DNA from: Octopus vulgaris
Lineage: Eukaryota
DNA: 64,000 nt
Assembly (NCBI GenBank): GCA_951406725.2
Contig: OX597817.1
Coordinates: forward strand, 129,828,001-129,892,000
Reading direction: 5' to 3'
Shown here: positions 26,121 to 38,134 of the stretch, one piece after another
Layout of the letters: each line of letters starts with the position of its first letter
How positions within the stretch are numbered: the stretch's first letter is position 1
Made by a program: the position numbers and the translations under genes
Notes under the pieces: model-generated
What the model was told of the DNA's origin: nothing
Databases searched by the model: none
What the model saw: the letters and a program-made list of their open reading frames with translations, nothing else

Positions 26121-28311
26121 CAATAAAATAAATAAAATAAATTTGTTCTTAATGTTGACTATTCTGATTAAATAGTAATTTACTTCCTTTAATGTTTTAC
26201 AGAACTGATGTTTGTGTGCTTTTCAGAAAATAAAATTAGAATGCTATTCTCTCTAGCGCCACATTTTCGAAAGATTCCATTCTGATCATTTCTTTGATAC
26301 TTTAATCACGCTCCTTCTCTGTGGTCATGACTTGAATAAATCAAATTTCAGATTAATGAATTTAACAGTTCTTTTAACATATTTTGGTCCTTACAAATCA
26401 CGATCTGTTTTTGTTATTACTGATTTGGACGTTACCGTTTTCATCTTTATTTCTTTTATGTAACGGTCAACTTTATTCAAGATTCTTGCTCCAAAGGATT
26501 TGGTTTCTTCTTGCTTCTATTGTCTCATTTTTCTATTCCCCCATTATGTATAGTGATGTTGTCTATTTTTCGTTTATTTATTTATTTGTTTTTGATTTTG
26601 GTTGGTCGTAATTTTTGTTTTGTTAGCACTAAGGAGGAGTTCAGCATTTTCGCTGGATTTCATAGAAGCGCCTAACAATAAAGTTGGGTGATATTTGCTT
26701 TCTCCTTTCAATGTGACGTAGTAGATATAACAATCGGTCGTGTACGCACGCACACACACACACATATATAAAAATATATGTGTATATGTATGTGTATTAA
26801 TAAGTATGTGCATGTATGTACGTATGCATGTGATCTCTCTCAAACACACACATACACCCCTACACGCACGCAAATCTCTTCAGTGATTCGCGATTCATAC
26901 CTTCAGACTATAGTAAGTATTAGAGTAAGTATAACTAATACATATAGTTCGTCCCCTAAAAAAAAAAAAGACACAAAAGACTCACACACATAAAAACTAT
27001 TTCAATATAATGCTAGGTGTAAGGTGGTGAACTGGCAGAAACTTTAAGCTCGCCGTTGGCGACATTTCGTCCGACTTCACGTTCTGAGTTCAAATTCCGC
27101 CGAGTTCAACTTTGCCTTTCATCCTTTTATGGTCGATATTGCTAGCCCTGTGCCAAAATTTGAAATCAGTATAATACTGGCCCCTGACTAGACGATTGTA
27201 GGGGGCTGTATGGGTGGTTTTGCTTTATAATTAAGATGTATAAGAACATTAAAAAAATGTCCCTTTATCTGATGAATCTCCCCGTCTCTGGATCCCTCTC
27301 CCCCCTCTCTATCTATATATATATTTGTAGGTAATATAGACATGATAAATTATAAATTCATAATCGTATAAAAATGTATTCATATTCATGCTTATATGCC
27401 TATAAGCAGACACACAGACGTAATCATACTCATAATCTCACACACTTTCGACTGCATATGTTCCTTTACACGTGCGCATGCTCAATCAATAGATAAAACC
27501 CATTCAAATATGAGATCGATAGAAAGATGCATATAAAAAAAAAAAAAAAATTGGAAGAATAATATTTTAGAGAAATAAAGCATTGAACTGCATTAGACGA
27601 ATGACGAATAAAGAATAAGTGGAATTAAGTGATTAATCTTGTAGCGCTATTAAATTCTTACAAACATCAAAGTACCCCTTTTCACGGTATAAACAAATTA
27701 CCCTTATATATATAGCTCTTGCTTTTGTCTGAATAAAAGAAGGAGAGGGAAAATAAAAGAAAAAATAAAAAGAAACCATCTTGAAGTGTTAGAGCTATTT
27801 TTATTAACTTGCATAGACTTCATTAAGAAAAACATTAGCCGCTGCCAGTTGCTCTATGCATCCGTCCGAGCAACATCTCATTGCTTCATTTCGCATTTAA
27901 AAAAAAAGAACAACTTTTAGTTACCATTTCAATGCTCAATTAACGCCCATTTCCGATTTTGCATCACTTCGATTCACTTTAGGTCATCTTTACTTAATTT
28001 TAAATCCATTTGGCTTTATTTTGTATTCAGCTTTTTAATACATTTCATTTCCAAAATCAGTTTTGATTTCTTTCACTAATTAGTAAAATTCTTGATCCAG
28101 TGCTTATTATTACATACATACATACATACATACATACTTACATACATACATACACACGTACGTACGTACATACATACATACATACATACATACATACTTG
28201 CATACATATATACGTACGTACGTACGTACATACATACATACATACATCATGTATTATATATGCATACGTATGTATATATATATATATATATTATATATAT
28301 ACATACATATA

Positions 28312-28594
28312 TCACCGTGATCGAACAGGCTATCAGATGTTGCTACACATCGCTGATCACAATGCGCTTCGCATTGTTTTTTTAGCCTCAAATGACGCAG
28401 GCCAATAGAAGAAAGAGTGAGAGAGAGTTGTGGCGAAAGAGTACAGCAGGGATCACCACCACCCCCTGCCGGAGCCTCATGGAGCTTTAGGTGTTTTCGC
28501 TCAATAAACACTCACAACGCCCGGTCTGGGAATTGAAACCGCGATTCTGCAACCGCGAGTCCGCTGCCCTAACCACTGGGCCATTGCGTCTCCA
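28312..28594 (-). mobile_element. tRNA-derived SINE, family C
   Basis: Minus-strand head GTGGAGACGCAATGGCCCAGTGGTTAGGGCAGCGGACTCGCGG...GGTTTCAATTCC (A/B boxes). The 3' part also occurs at 33298-33410 (+). Confidence 0.8.
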
Positions 28595-29979
28595 CATATA
28601 TATATTTGTTTATATATGTGTATCTATGCATATTATGTGTATCTATGCATATTATACGTATCTATATGTATGTATATATATGTGTGTGTTTGTGTGTATG
28701 ATTGTATCTGTGTGCATGTGTGTGTGTACGCGTGTGAGTATATATATATACATACACACACACATCACATCTATATGTATTATAAATTTATATACCTATA
28801 TTTTTTATTCACATATATTCATTACACATAACATATTTTTCACGAGTTACTGAGTTTTGTTTTTCTTAATAAGTCATATCAACTTTCTATAGTGCACAAC
28901 ACCTTTTTAATATTCATGACATATTTTCAACTATCCATTATCTATTGTCCATCCAGCTCATTTCGTTGCTCCATCGCCTTAAAGCAACATATATCGCTCT
29001 TCCATTTTAAAAACATATCTATTTTCCAATCTTAGGCGTGGAGGGAGCTTTATTTATTCATTAAGCGCGCATCGGTGTAAAAAGAATGTACGTATGAAAA
29101 TGTATTTGCTTGGGAGAGCGTCTATGTTTGTGCTTAGATATGTACGTGAAGTGAATATAACGAAGTTATGCCTTTATGATTTTGGAAATTTATTTTTATA
29201 TTTCTTTATACTTTTATAAATTTATATGTTTATAAATTTATAATTTATCGAATATTTTGTAACATATTTTCATTAAATTACTTTATTCATATATGTGTTC
29301 CAGCCCAAAAGCTGTAGCCATGCTGTCGAATTTTTATTATCTTTTCAATGACCATTCTTATGTGGTTGGCTCTTGATGAATTAGGGAGTGCGATATCGGC
29401 TCATCTGGGAAATTGGACTGCGGAAGGCCAAAGTTCTTCTTGAAAATATCTACCCTCTTAGCATGTAGACCGCCCCCAGGTTTTTTCGGATAAATATTAA
29501 ACAGACGTGGGCCCTTAAAACTGAACCTATTGCAGTATCTGAACCTTAATCTAGATAGGTGATTGGAGCCTTTGTTACTGTTAGGGGGTTGGTATAGTCC
29601 TTGGTTCCAAAGACAAATATTTGTTTAATCTTATAATACGCTTTAACATAAGTATGGAGAAAGTAACCAATCACGTCTGATGATTGTAGATTTACTAAGA
29701 AAAACTACATTATACCCCCAAATGTATGTAATAAAAGTACAAAGGTACGACTGTTCAGAAGTCTGGCATCAGAGACTAAAGTAATCCCGAGATTGATGTT
29801 ATGTCAGTCAATCCAGCGATTCTTCTCTGGCTACGGCACATTGTATATGTGTATGTAACAGTAAATACGATTTTTCTGGTAAAATATACAGAATGATCTC
29901 GGTCGGAACGCGTTTGACTAGAAGTTTGTCATCATTCAGCGATCACTTGCGATATATTACAAAAAGTAAGAATCTATGC

Positions 29980-30445
29980 AGGTGTGGTTAAGAAGCTCAC
30001 TTCGCAGTAATGTGGTTTCGTGTTCAGTCTCACAGCGCGGCAACTTGAGCAGGTGTTTTCTACAATAGTCCTGGACTGACCAATGCTTGTGATAAATTTA
30101 GTTGACTAAACTCTGTGAAAGCCTGTCGTGTATGTGTGTGTGTGTGTATGTATATGTGTATGTGTGTTTGTGTGCGTGTGTGTGCATGTTGGAGTGTGTG
30201 ATGTCTATTTGTATGTATGTGAGAGAGATGTCTATTTGCATGTGTGTGAGCTTGTCTGTATGTAACTGTGTGTTTGTCCCCACATTGCTTGACAACCAGT
30301 AAATTAGCGGTTCGACAAAAGAGGCTGCTAGAACAAGTATCAGATTTAAAATAAGTACTTGAGGCAATTTGATTGGCTAAACACTTCAATACCATTCGCC
30401 AGCATTGCCACAGTTCAGTGACTGGACCAAATAAAAGATAAAAGA
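29980..30445 (+). mobile_element. SINE family A, older full-length copy with an internal (TG)n tract
   Basis: gtgtggttaagaagctc...ttgagcaggtgttttctacaatag...ccagcattgccacagttcagtgactg...taaaagataaaaga. Confidence 0.7.
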
Positions 30446-30474
30446 GATAAAGATCTTATTAATAGCCAGCAATA

Positions 30475-32105
30475 CGGTTGCGGCCAAAATGTTCAGAACG
30501 GCATTGTTTTCGTCAGAAAAGTAGGTATAAGTTTTTATCAAAGTTGTTTTATTTTCTATAATTTTCACAGACAATAAATAGGATATTAATTGTTATTGTC
30601 TGAGATTTTGGTATAATTTGAGAGGATAATACAAAAGTTATGGATGACTCAGTGATTTACTGCAAAACCCATGGCGACCAAAAGGATCAGAACGGTTGCT
30701 TTTACTCCGTATTTTAGTATATTTAACCGGTGAACTTTAATGTTTTGAATTTGTTTACCTGGCGGTTCGTTTACTAAACATTAGTAAGAGTATCTGCAGT
30801 GTACTTTGTTAATATAATGCCACTTACTCCGTTACCAATTCGTCAGCAGATTATTAAGCTTCGAAAGAAGGATAATTTAAGTATTGGGTCTATTGCAAAG
30901 ATTGTTAACAAGTGAAAAAGTGTTGTTCACGATATTCTTAAGGTCTACGATGATTGTGGTTCGTGTAAAGCAAGAAAGTCTACAGGTAGGTCAAGAAAAA
31001 CGGCCAAGAGAGAAGATCGTGCTATGGTAAAGTTGGTTAAAAAGGACAGATTTAAAACTGCTGCTGCTGTTTCTCGGGAAATGAGCATTGTACTGAAGAA
31101 AACTTTATTTCGAAAAACTGTGTCTCGTCGTTTAGTTGAACATGACCTACAAGCAAGAGCACCTGCAGTGAAGCCACTCATCATCTCCAAGAATAAAAAG
31201 TGTCGTCTTACCTTTGCAACTGAACATGTGTTGTGGTCTCAAGAAAAATGACAAACGGTGCATTTCCGTGATGAATCTAAGTTTATGTTATTTGGCTCAG
31301 ATGGGAAAAGGTACGTTTGTCGAAAAGCAGGTGAAAAATTGTCGCTTAAATGCCTTAAGACTAGTGTTAAATTCGGTAGAGGAAGTGTCATGGTTTGGGG
31401 GATGATATCTGGAGTTGGTATGGGCCCTTTGGTGCAATTACATGGAAAGGTAAATGCAGGAGTTTATAAACAACTTGTAAAAGATCATGTCTTGCCTGTG
31501 CTGAGAAATTCAACTAAGCGATCACCCATATTCATGCAGGACAATGCCCCATGTCACAAGGCTAAGGTGGTCATGAACTTCCTCAAGGCTGAAAAGATTA
31601 TTGTTATGGATTGGCCTGCTCAAAGCCCTGATCTTAATCCTATTGAAAATGTGTGGAATATTCTAGGAGAACGTTTGAAAGCCAAAAATCCTAAAACAAC
31701 CGAGCAATTATGGAATGCCCTTCAGGAAGAATGGAATAAGATCACCCAGCAAGAAATTGAAAATTTAATTTCCTCATGCAGTCGAAGATGTCAAAGTGTG
31801 ATTGAAGCTAAAAGGCTTCACACTAAATATTAAAAAATTCCAGTATTTTCTGTCATTCTTGATTATTTTGTTATTTTTTTTCAACCGTTCTAATCATTTT
31901 GGCCGCCATGGGTTTTGCAGTAAATCACTAAATCATCCATAACTTTTGTATTATCCTCTCAAATCACACCAAAATCTCAGACAATAATAATTAATATTGT
32001 ATTTATTGTCTGTGGAAATTATAGAATATAAAACAACTTTGATAAAAACTTATACCTACTTTTCTGACGAAAACAATGCCGTTCTGAACATTTTGGCCGC
32101 AACTG
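30475..32105 (+). mobile_element. Full-length Tc1-family DNA transposon (1631 bp, IR/DR-type long TIRs, TA target-site duplication)
   Basis: TA|CGGTTGCGGCCAAAATGTTCAGAACGG ... CCGTTCTGAACATTTTGGCCGCAACTG|TA. Inverted repeats of ~220 bp, each with an inner copy of the terminal motif (~30671-30697 and ~31882-31910). Confidence 0.97.
30817..31833 (+). pseudogene. Tc1 DD34E transposase, 338 codons, two in-frame TGA stops, no frameshift
   Basis: MPLTPLPIRQQII...GRSRKT...FRDES...MQDNAPCH-...-SPDLNPIENVW, with 34 residues between the second D and the E. Stops at 30913-30915 and 31249-31251. Confidence 0.93.
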
Positions 32106-32404
32106 TATATTTAAACATTTTCACGAGGTTTGTAATGAGAGAAACTAAATTCATTGGTTGTAGTTGATTCAATGTTCACTACCAATGGAAACTGGAACGT
32201 GAAACGATGAGCAGTGGATTTTAGCTTACAGTAAATAGATACAACCATAAAATGCATATTGTTTAATATTTTTCTTCTAGATGAGCAAAAACGTTTCATA
32301 TCATGCTGCACTTCGACAGGTGACGAGCGGCACATCGTGCACCAATAAAGGCAATATCGATTTGTTTGGGGGAGTGAGCTAACGTATATCACAAAATAAT
32401 CTAT

Positions 32405-32883
32405 GTAGGTTGTTCAGCAATATATAACTAAATGAGTAACAAATATGTACAGGTGTCAATTCATTATGGCCGTTTCAAGCGACTCCTTTAATTCCTTAAT
32501 GAACACATTACATTATTGTAAAGAAACCGTTTTCGTCAGATGATTATACACAGGACAAGTCAACTCTTTTAACATATTCGTATCAGTAACGGAGTTCATA
32601 TATTTACATTGATTCTGCTGCTATATCTTAGGCAGAATGAGTTAAGAAAAATAGTCAATGTAGTGTCAAATCTACTAAATTCTAGTAGATTCGACACTAC
32701 ATTGACTATTTTTCAAAACAAGTAGTTGGTTTGTTCTTCGTGTTTGAAGTCTATGCAGTCATCTGACGAAAACAGTTTTTTGCAATAATGTAATGTTTCA
32801 TTAATCATTTTGAGGAGTCGCTTGAAACGGCCGCACTGAATTAACATTTGTACATCCTTGTTACTCATATTTTATTCACCTAC
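32405..32883. mobile_element. Foldback/MITE element with long TIRs and an internal 32-bp hairpin
   Basis: 32432-32545 is an imperfect reverse complement of 32752-32868. The inner hairpin is gaaaaatagtcaatgtagtgtcaaatctacta-aattc-tagtagattcgacactacattgactatttttc (32646-32714). Confidence 0.85.
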
Positions 32884-33247
32884 CTTGGAATCTGCACTTA
32901 GGAAATTTTATAGAAATTTTATAGAACAACCAAGAGCAGATCTCTTCACTAAGTTGGGTCGTGTTATCCGCATACATTGCAAAGATATGAAGTGCAAGCA
33001 CTTTTGCACAGAGTTTGATATTCACCTGATATTGTTTGGGTAGCAAATTAGATCGACCTAAAAAGGTGCCTCAATTTAAGTACCTGATTCAACCGAATCT
33101 TAATTACACACTCACACACATACATGCATGCCCTTCATTGTATAGTTCGTGTATTCATCTGAAGGAAACGGGTTTTTATAATGATATAATGTACTCATTA
33201 ATCAAGAAACATTTCGTTGGAAACAGGTGTAAGGAATTGACACCCAT

Positions 33248-33299
<52 letters not shown>

Positions 33300-33469
33300 C
33301 CTGCTCGCTTAGCCAGCGGGGTCGCGTCGTTCGAAGGCTAAAACAATGCGAACGCATTGTGACCAGCGATGTGTAGCAACATCTGATGGTCTGGTCGGTC
33401 ACGTGATCACATGATATATATATATATATATATATATAGATAGATAGATAGATCGATCGATAATAAGAT

Positions 33470-33548
<79 letters not shown>

Positions 33549-33773
33549 GAGTGTATTTTTGCCTTGTTAACAATTAATAATATATATATATATATATATT
33601 TTATTAAATGCACCAGAAATATCAAAAACACTGTTACACAGAGTTTCACGTTCCCGTTCATGAAACTCTGTATAAAAGTGTTTGGGATATTTCTGATGCT
33701 TTTAATAAACCATATTACTCTACGTCTGGTATTTGAGTACTCTTTTTTCCACCTTGTTTCACATTTATGTGCT

Positions 33774-34197
33774 TACTCTTTTACTCTTTTACTTGTTTCA
33801 GTCATTTGACTGTGGCCATGCTAGAGCACCGCCTTTAGTCGAGCAAATCGACCCCAGGACTTATTCTTTGTAAGCCTAGTACTTATTCTATCGGTCTCTT
33901 TTGCCGAACCGCTAAGTTACGGGGACGTAAACACGCAAGCATCGGTTGTCAAGCGATGTTGGGGGACAAACACAGAGACACAAACATATACAAACATACA
34001 TATATATGCATATATGTATGTATATATATATATGCGACAGGCTTCTTTCAGTTTCCGTCTACCAAATCCACTCACAAGGCTTTGGTCGGCCCGAGGCTAT
34101 AGTAGAAGACACTTGCCCAAGGTGCCACGCAATGAGACTGAACCCGGAATCATGTGGTTGGTAAGCAAGCTACTTACCACACAGCCACTCCGACGCC

Positions 34198-34198
<1 letters not shown>
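33774..34198 (-). mobile_element. SINE family A, full-length young copy
   Basis: Head GGCGTCGGAGTGGCTGTGTGGTAAGTAGC, CORE-like GCACCTTGGGCAAGTG, internal (TA/TG)n and a (AGTAAAAG)n tail. Confidence 0.9.
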
Positions 34199-34231
<33 letters not shown>

Positions 34232-34236
34232 TTCAT

Positions 34237-35086
34237 ATACTAAGCAATTAAGGGTTTAGCAACGAATTGCCTCACCACACACCGAATTTAGAAATAGCAG
34301 TCAAAAAGTTATAGCTATTCTTTCTACTAAAAGGGAGATCTCAGTAAAAACACAGCACTTGAAAGGCAAACACAGACAGGTAAGAGAGAATGAAATGACG
34401 GTAATCTATCATACAATTTTAAGTCACCTACGGACGTACGTTTCGAAATTAAGTTTTAGGGAAGCATAAGAATTAGATAATTATATCTTACCCAACTTCT
34501 TTTCTCATCAGCGTAGGACACTACAATTATGAATAATTGTATATTAAATTTCGAGATACTAGAAGGCATCATCTCAACTCAGTATCAGAGCTAGCTAAAG
34601 CCGTTACCAGTACCACCAAATTCAAAGTGTGAATGAAAGTTTGTGTCACCAGCCCCTTCCCACCCGCGTGTAGCCAAGACAAGATGCTGTGGTCATTTAC
34701 TGGGATGAAATATGGTTATCAGTAACAATATAGGGTGAAATTAATTAATTTGGAATAATTATTAATTACACCAAGTAGATTTCGGTATGTAAAAGCCTCA
34801 TTCGAGGAAAATTTAAGTAATACTAAGCAATTAAGGGTTTAGCAACGAATTGCCTCACCACACACCGAATTTAGAAATTGCAGTCAAAAAGTTATAGCTA
34901 TTCTTTCTACTAAAAGGGAGATCTCAGTAAAAACACAGCACTTGAAAGGCAAACACAGACAGGTAAGAGAGAATGAAATGACGGCAATCTATCATACAAT
35001 TTTAAGTCACCTACGGACGTACGTTTCGAAATTAAGTTTTAGGGAAGCATAAGAATTAGATAATTATATCTTACCCAACTTCTTTT
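34237..35086 (-). mobile_element. HHR-containing non-coding retroelement, 1.46 tandem copies of a 583-bp unit (retrozyme-like or non-autonomous Penelope-like)
   Basis: 34237-34503 is directly repeated at 34820-35086 with 2 mismatches in 267 bp. No ORF of 60 aa or more in the track. Carries a hammerhead ribozyme. Confidence 0.8.
34427..34517 (-). ncRNA. Type I hammerhead ribozyme with a 60-nt stem II
   Basis: CCTACG CTGATGA GAAA...(hairpin)...TTTC GAAA C GTAC G TC^ CGTAGG. Stem I is 6 bp, the core is intact, the loop III tetraloop is palindromic, and the site is GUC (cut at 34433/34432). Confidence 0.9.
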
Positions 35087-35237
35087 GACAAATTAAAATG
35101 TTTCAATGTTGATAAATTAGCATGTTCAAACCATATATATAGATATACATCATACATATATACATAATCCATGTGTGTTTGTGTGTGTGCATGTGTGTGC
35201 GTGCGTGCTTGTGTGTGAGTATGTGTTTGTGTGTGTG

Positions 35238-35302
<65 letters not shown>

Positions 35303-36209
35303 ATATATGTGTGTATGCATTAGACTGAACCACTAAAACTTGCTGTACTGCAATAGGCTTACTCTATATTATAATTACGCTGTTAATAAAGCAAGAACAC
35401 AAATTTCTTTTTAAACTCGTGATTTCATTAGTATTCATCTTATATTAACATTCTGGCATCTCTCTCTCTTTCTAGAACTCGGTTTGTTCTCGGGTAGTTC
35501 GTCTTTTACTAAACAGTGACTATCATTATACAGAATTAAGTGCAGGATTTTACATGCATGAGAGAAAAAAGAAAAGGCGCTAAGTTCCGATAAATTGAAC
35601 AGATATTTTCATCTCCTTTCTTGAAAATGGAAAAGCATATAGATTTGTTCTTGGAATCAGAAAACTATTGCTTTTGGGACCAGATCTTTTGACAAATGTT
35701 TGCGAGAATATTTATGTTTCCATTGCTACGTGCTTTAAACCGTTCAGTTGGGAATTCATCTACACCAGCCATGTTTCCATTCTTAATTTCCTTTAAAGCT
35801 TTTCCATCTTCTGCTTCCATAATCAAAGTAGTCAATATTAACATGTTCCAGTGACTTTATCAGATTCTTTAAATGCATTTCCGTGCATTACTTCTATTTT
35901 TCTTTGATTCGGTTTTCTTCAGATTGAGTGTCATCACTCATGTTTCTTTCTAATCGCAAGAAATCTTGGAGAAAATTCGTTTCTTATTTGTTTTATTTAG
36001 CAGTTCTAATATTTGATACAACACCCACGGTTGAAAAAAAATCAAACCAATCTTCTGTCAAAATATAATTCAGTCGCTCGATAAATATCGATCGAGAAAA
36101 TAGCTGTTAGATCCGATATAATTGACTAAAACCGTTTCAGATAGTTTCACTGCATAGTCGTAATGGAACGATAGAAACCGGTAAAAGAAGAAAAGTATAT
36201 ATATATATA

Positions 36210-36590
36210 TAATAAAAGGGTTCAGCAAAGATTTGCTTCACCACACACCGAAGTTTAGAAAAAGCAGCCAAAAATCTTAGCTATTTCTTCTACTTTAAAA
36301 AGGGTCTCCCAGAGAAGCCAAAATACTTGAAGGTTATTCACACAGGCAGAGAGTAAAGCAACGAAAATCAATCAATATCTGATCGTCCATGGACGCCCGT
36401 TTCTGAATTAGGTTTTTCATAAAGAATATAAAATTATACTTTACTAACCATATTCTTCATCAGCATGGCTTTCCACGATAATTCGAATAGTTGAACGAAT
36501 CTTTCCACCTAACGGCATTAGACCGCTGATGTTCAATGTTAACACCGCCAAATTCAAAATATGAATGAGGTTCGCTTAACTTCCCCCGAA
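36210..36590 (-). mobile_element. Diverged sister family of the 583-bp HHR element
   Basis: Collinear homology with 34245-34670 (agggtt.agcaa.ga.ttgc.tcaccacacaccgaa; cac.gccaaattcaaa.t.tgaatga). Has the same 3' end next to (TA)n. Confidence 0.8.
36387..36468 (-). ncRNA. Type I hammerhead ribozyme with a 53-nt stem II
   Basis: CCATG CTGATGA A GAAT..GGTT..TAAAG...CTTTA..AACC..ATTC A GAAA C GGGC G TC^ CATGG. Confidence 0.85.
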
Positions 36591-36608
36591 AGTAAAGAAA
36601 GAAGGAGG

Positions 36609-36643
36609 ATTTAACGTTTCGAGCGGAGCTCTTCGTCAGAAAC
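36609..36643 (-). ncRNA. Minimal (Penelope-type) hammerhead ribozyme in a truncated copy (36595-36714) of the ~205-bp element
   Basis: GTTT CTGACGA A GAGC TCC GCTC GAAAC GTT^ AAAT. Intact core with a palindromic, loopless stem III. Confidence 0.75.
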
Positions 36644-36710
36644 ATAGCAAAAGGAAAGATCCAAGGAAGGGAAGACCGAAGAAAAAAAATCGCCAACGAT
36701 ACGCACGCGG

Positions 36711-36800
<90 letters not shown>

Positions 36801-37248
36801 CTTTGTTTATCAATGGTAAAAGTTTTAAATTATGAATTAGAAAAACATCTTCAAAAGTTTCAATGGTGACAAATTAAAATGTTTCAATGTTGATAAATTA
36901 ACATGTTCAAAACAAATTTAGCAATGTGAATTATGACACGTGTAAGTTTGAATGTTCATAGCAGTCAATAATATTAAAACTATATATCACTTTTGTTAGA
37001 ATGTACAAAGTTCATTATTTTAGTGATGGTCGACAAGTCATACTGAAAAAAACAAGTATGAATTTGGCTTACAGATTCTCTGATCCTATTCTAGGGGACG
37101 CTTTCGCTTGTAGTGGTATGGTTTGTGATCAGATGTATTTATACTTTTTTTCCGCGGAAAAAAGTATAAATACATATATGATGACAAAACATACCTCTGT
37201 AAACCAAAATACTTTTTTTACTATTTTCATTTCACAGTTGTTTTATCA

Positions 37249-37334
<86 letters not shown>

Positions 37335-37486
37335 CATATATACGATGGGCTTCTTTCAGTTTCGTCTACCAAATCCACTCGCAAAGCTTTGGTCAGCTCA
37401 GCGCTATAGTAGAAGACACTTACTCAAGGTGCCACGCAGTGGGAGTGAACCCGGTTGGTAAGTAAGTTACTTACTGCAGAGCCACT

Positions 37487-37572
<86 letters not shown>

Positions 37573-37655
37573 GGTCCCGGGTTGATTCGGGGTTAACCAC
37601 AGTAAAAAAGGTACTCAATACATAGCAGAGTAAAATTAATTTATTATATAGAAGG

Positions 37656-37704
37656 AGCTTCTACAGGACTAGAACTGTTTCATTCAAGAGAAATCATCAG
37701 GAAG

Positions 37705-37706
<2 letters not shown>
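37656..37706 (-). ncRNA. Type I hammerhead ribozyme in a ~140-bp insert (37570-37708) within (TA)n
   Basis: AGCTTC CTGATGA T TTC TCTT GAA T GAAA CAG TTCTAGTC CTG TA^ GAAGCT. Stem I is 6 bp, stem III is 4 bp, the site is GUA, and AATAAA lies downstream. Confidence 0.88.
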
Positions 37707-37770
<64 letters not shown>

Positions 37771-37774
37771 TCCG

Positions 37775-37818
<44 letters not shown>

Positions 37819-37998
37819 GGTATATTTATTTTATCTTATTTTATCTAGTTTCAGCTCACGAGCTGTGGCCATGCTGGGGCACCGCCATTATATGTATATA
37901 TAATGCATATATGTATATATAATGTATATATGAATATATGCATATATGTATATATCTGTATACACACACACGCGTGCATGCACGCACACGCACGCACA

Positions 37999-38037
<39 letters not shown>

Positions 38038-38134
38038 GATGTTAAAGAAGTATTTCCACAATTCTATATTCTGAGATGGGGAATCTATATTATGTACACT
38101 AATTACATTAGCTGGAACCGAGTTCGACGCAAAA

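Noticed and set aside
29670-29720. CTGATGA followed by a TGTAG/CTACA hairpin
   Set aside because: No GAAA box or cleavage triplet in the right position.
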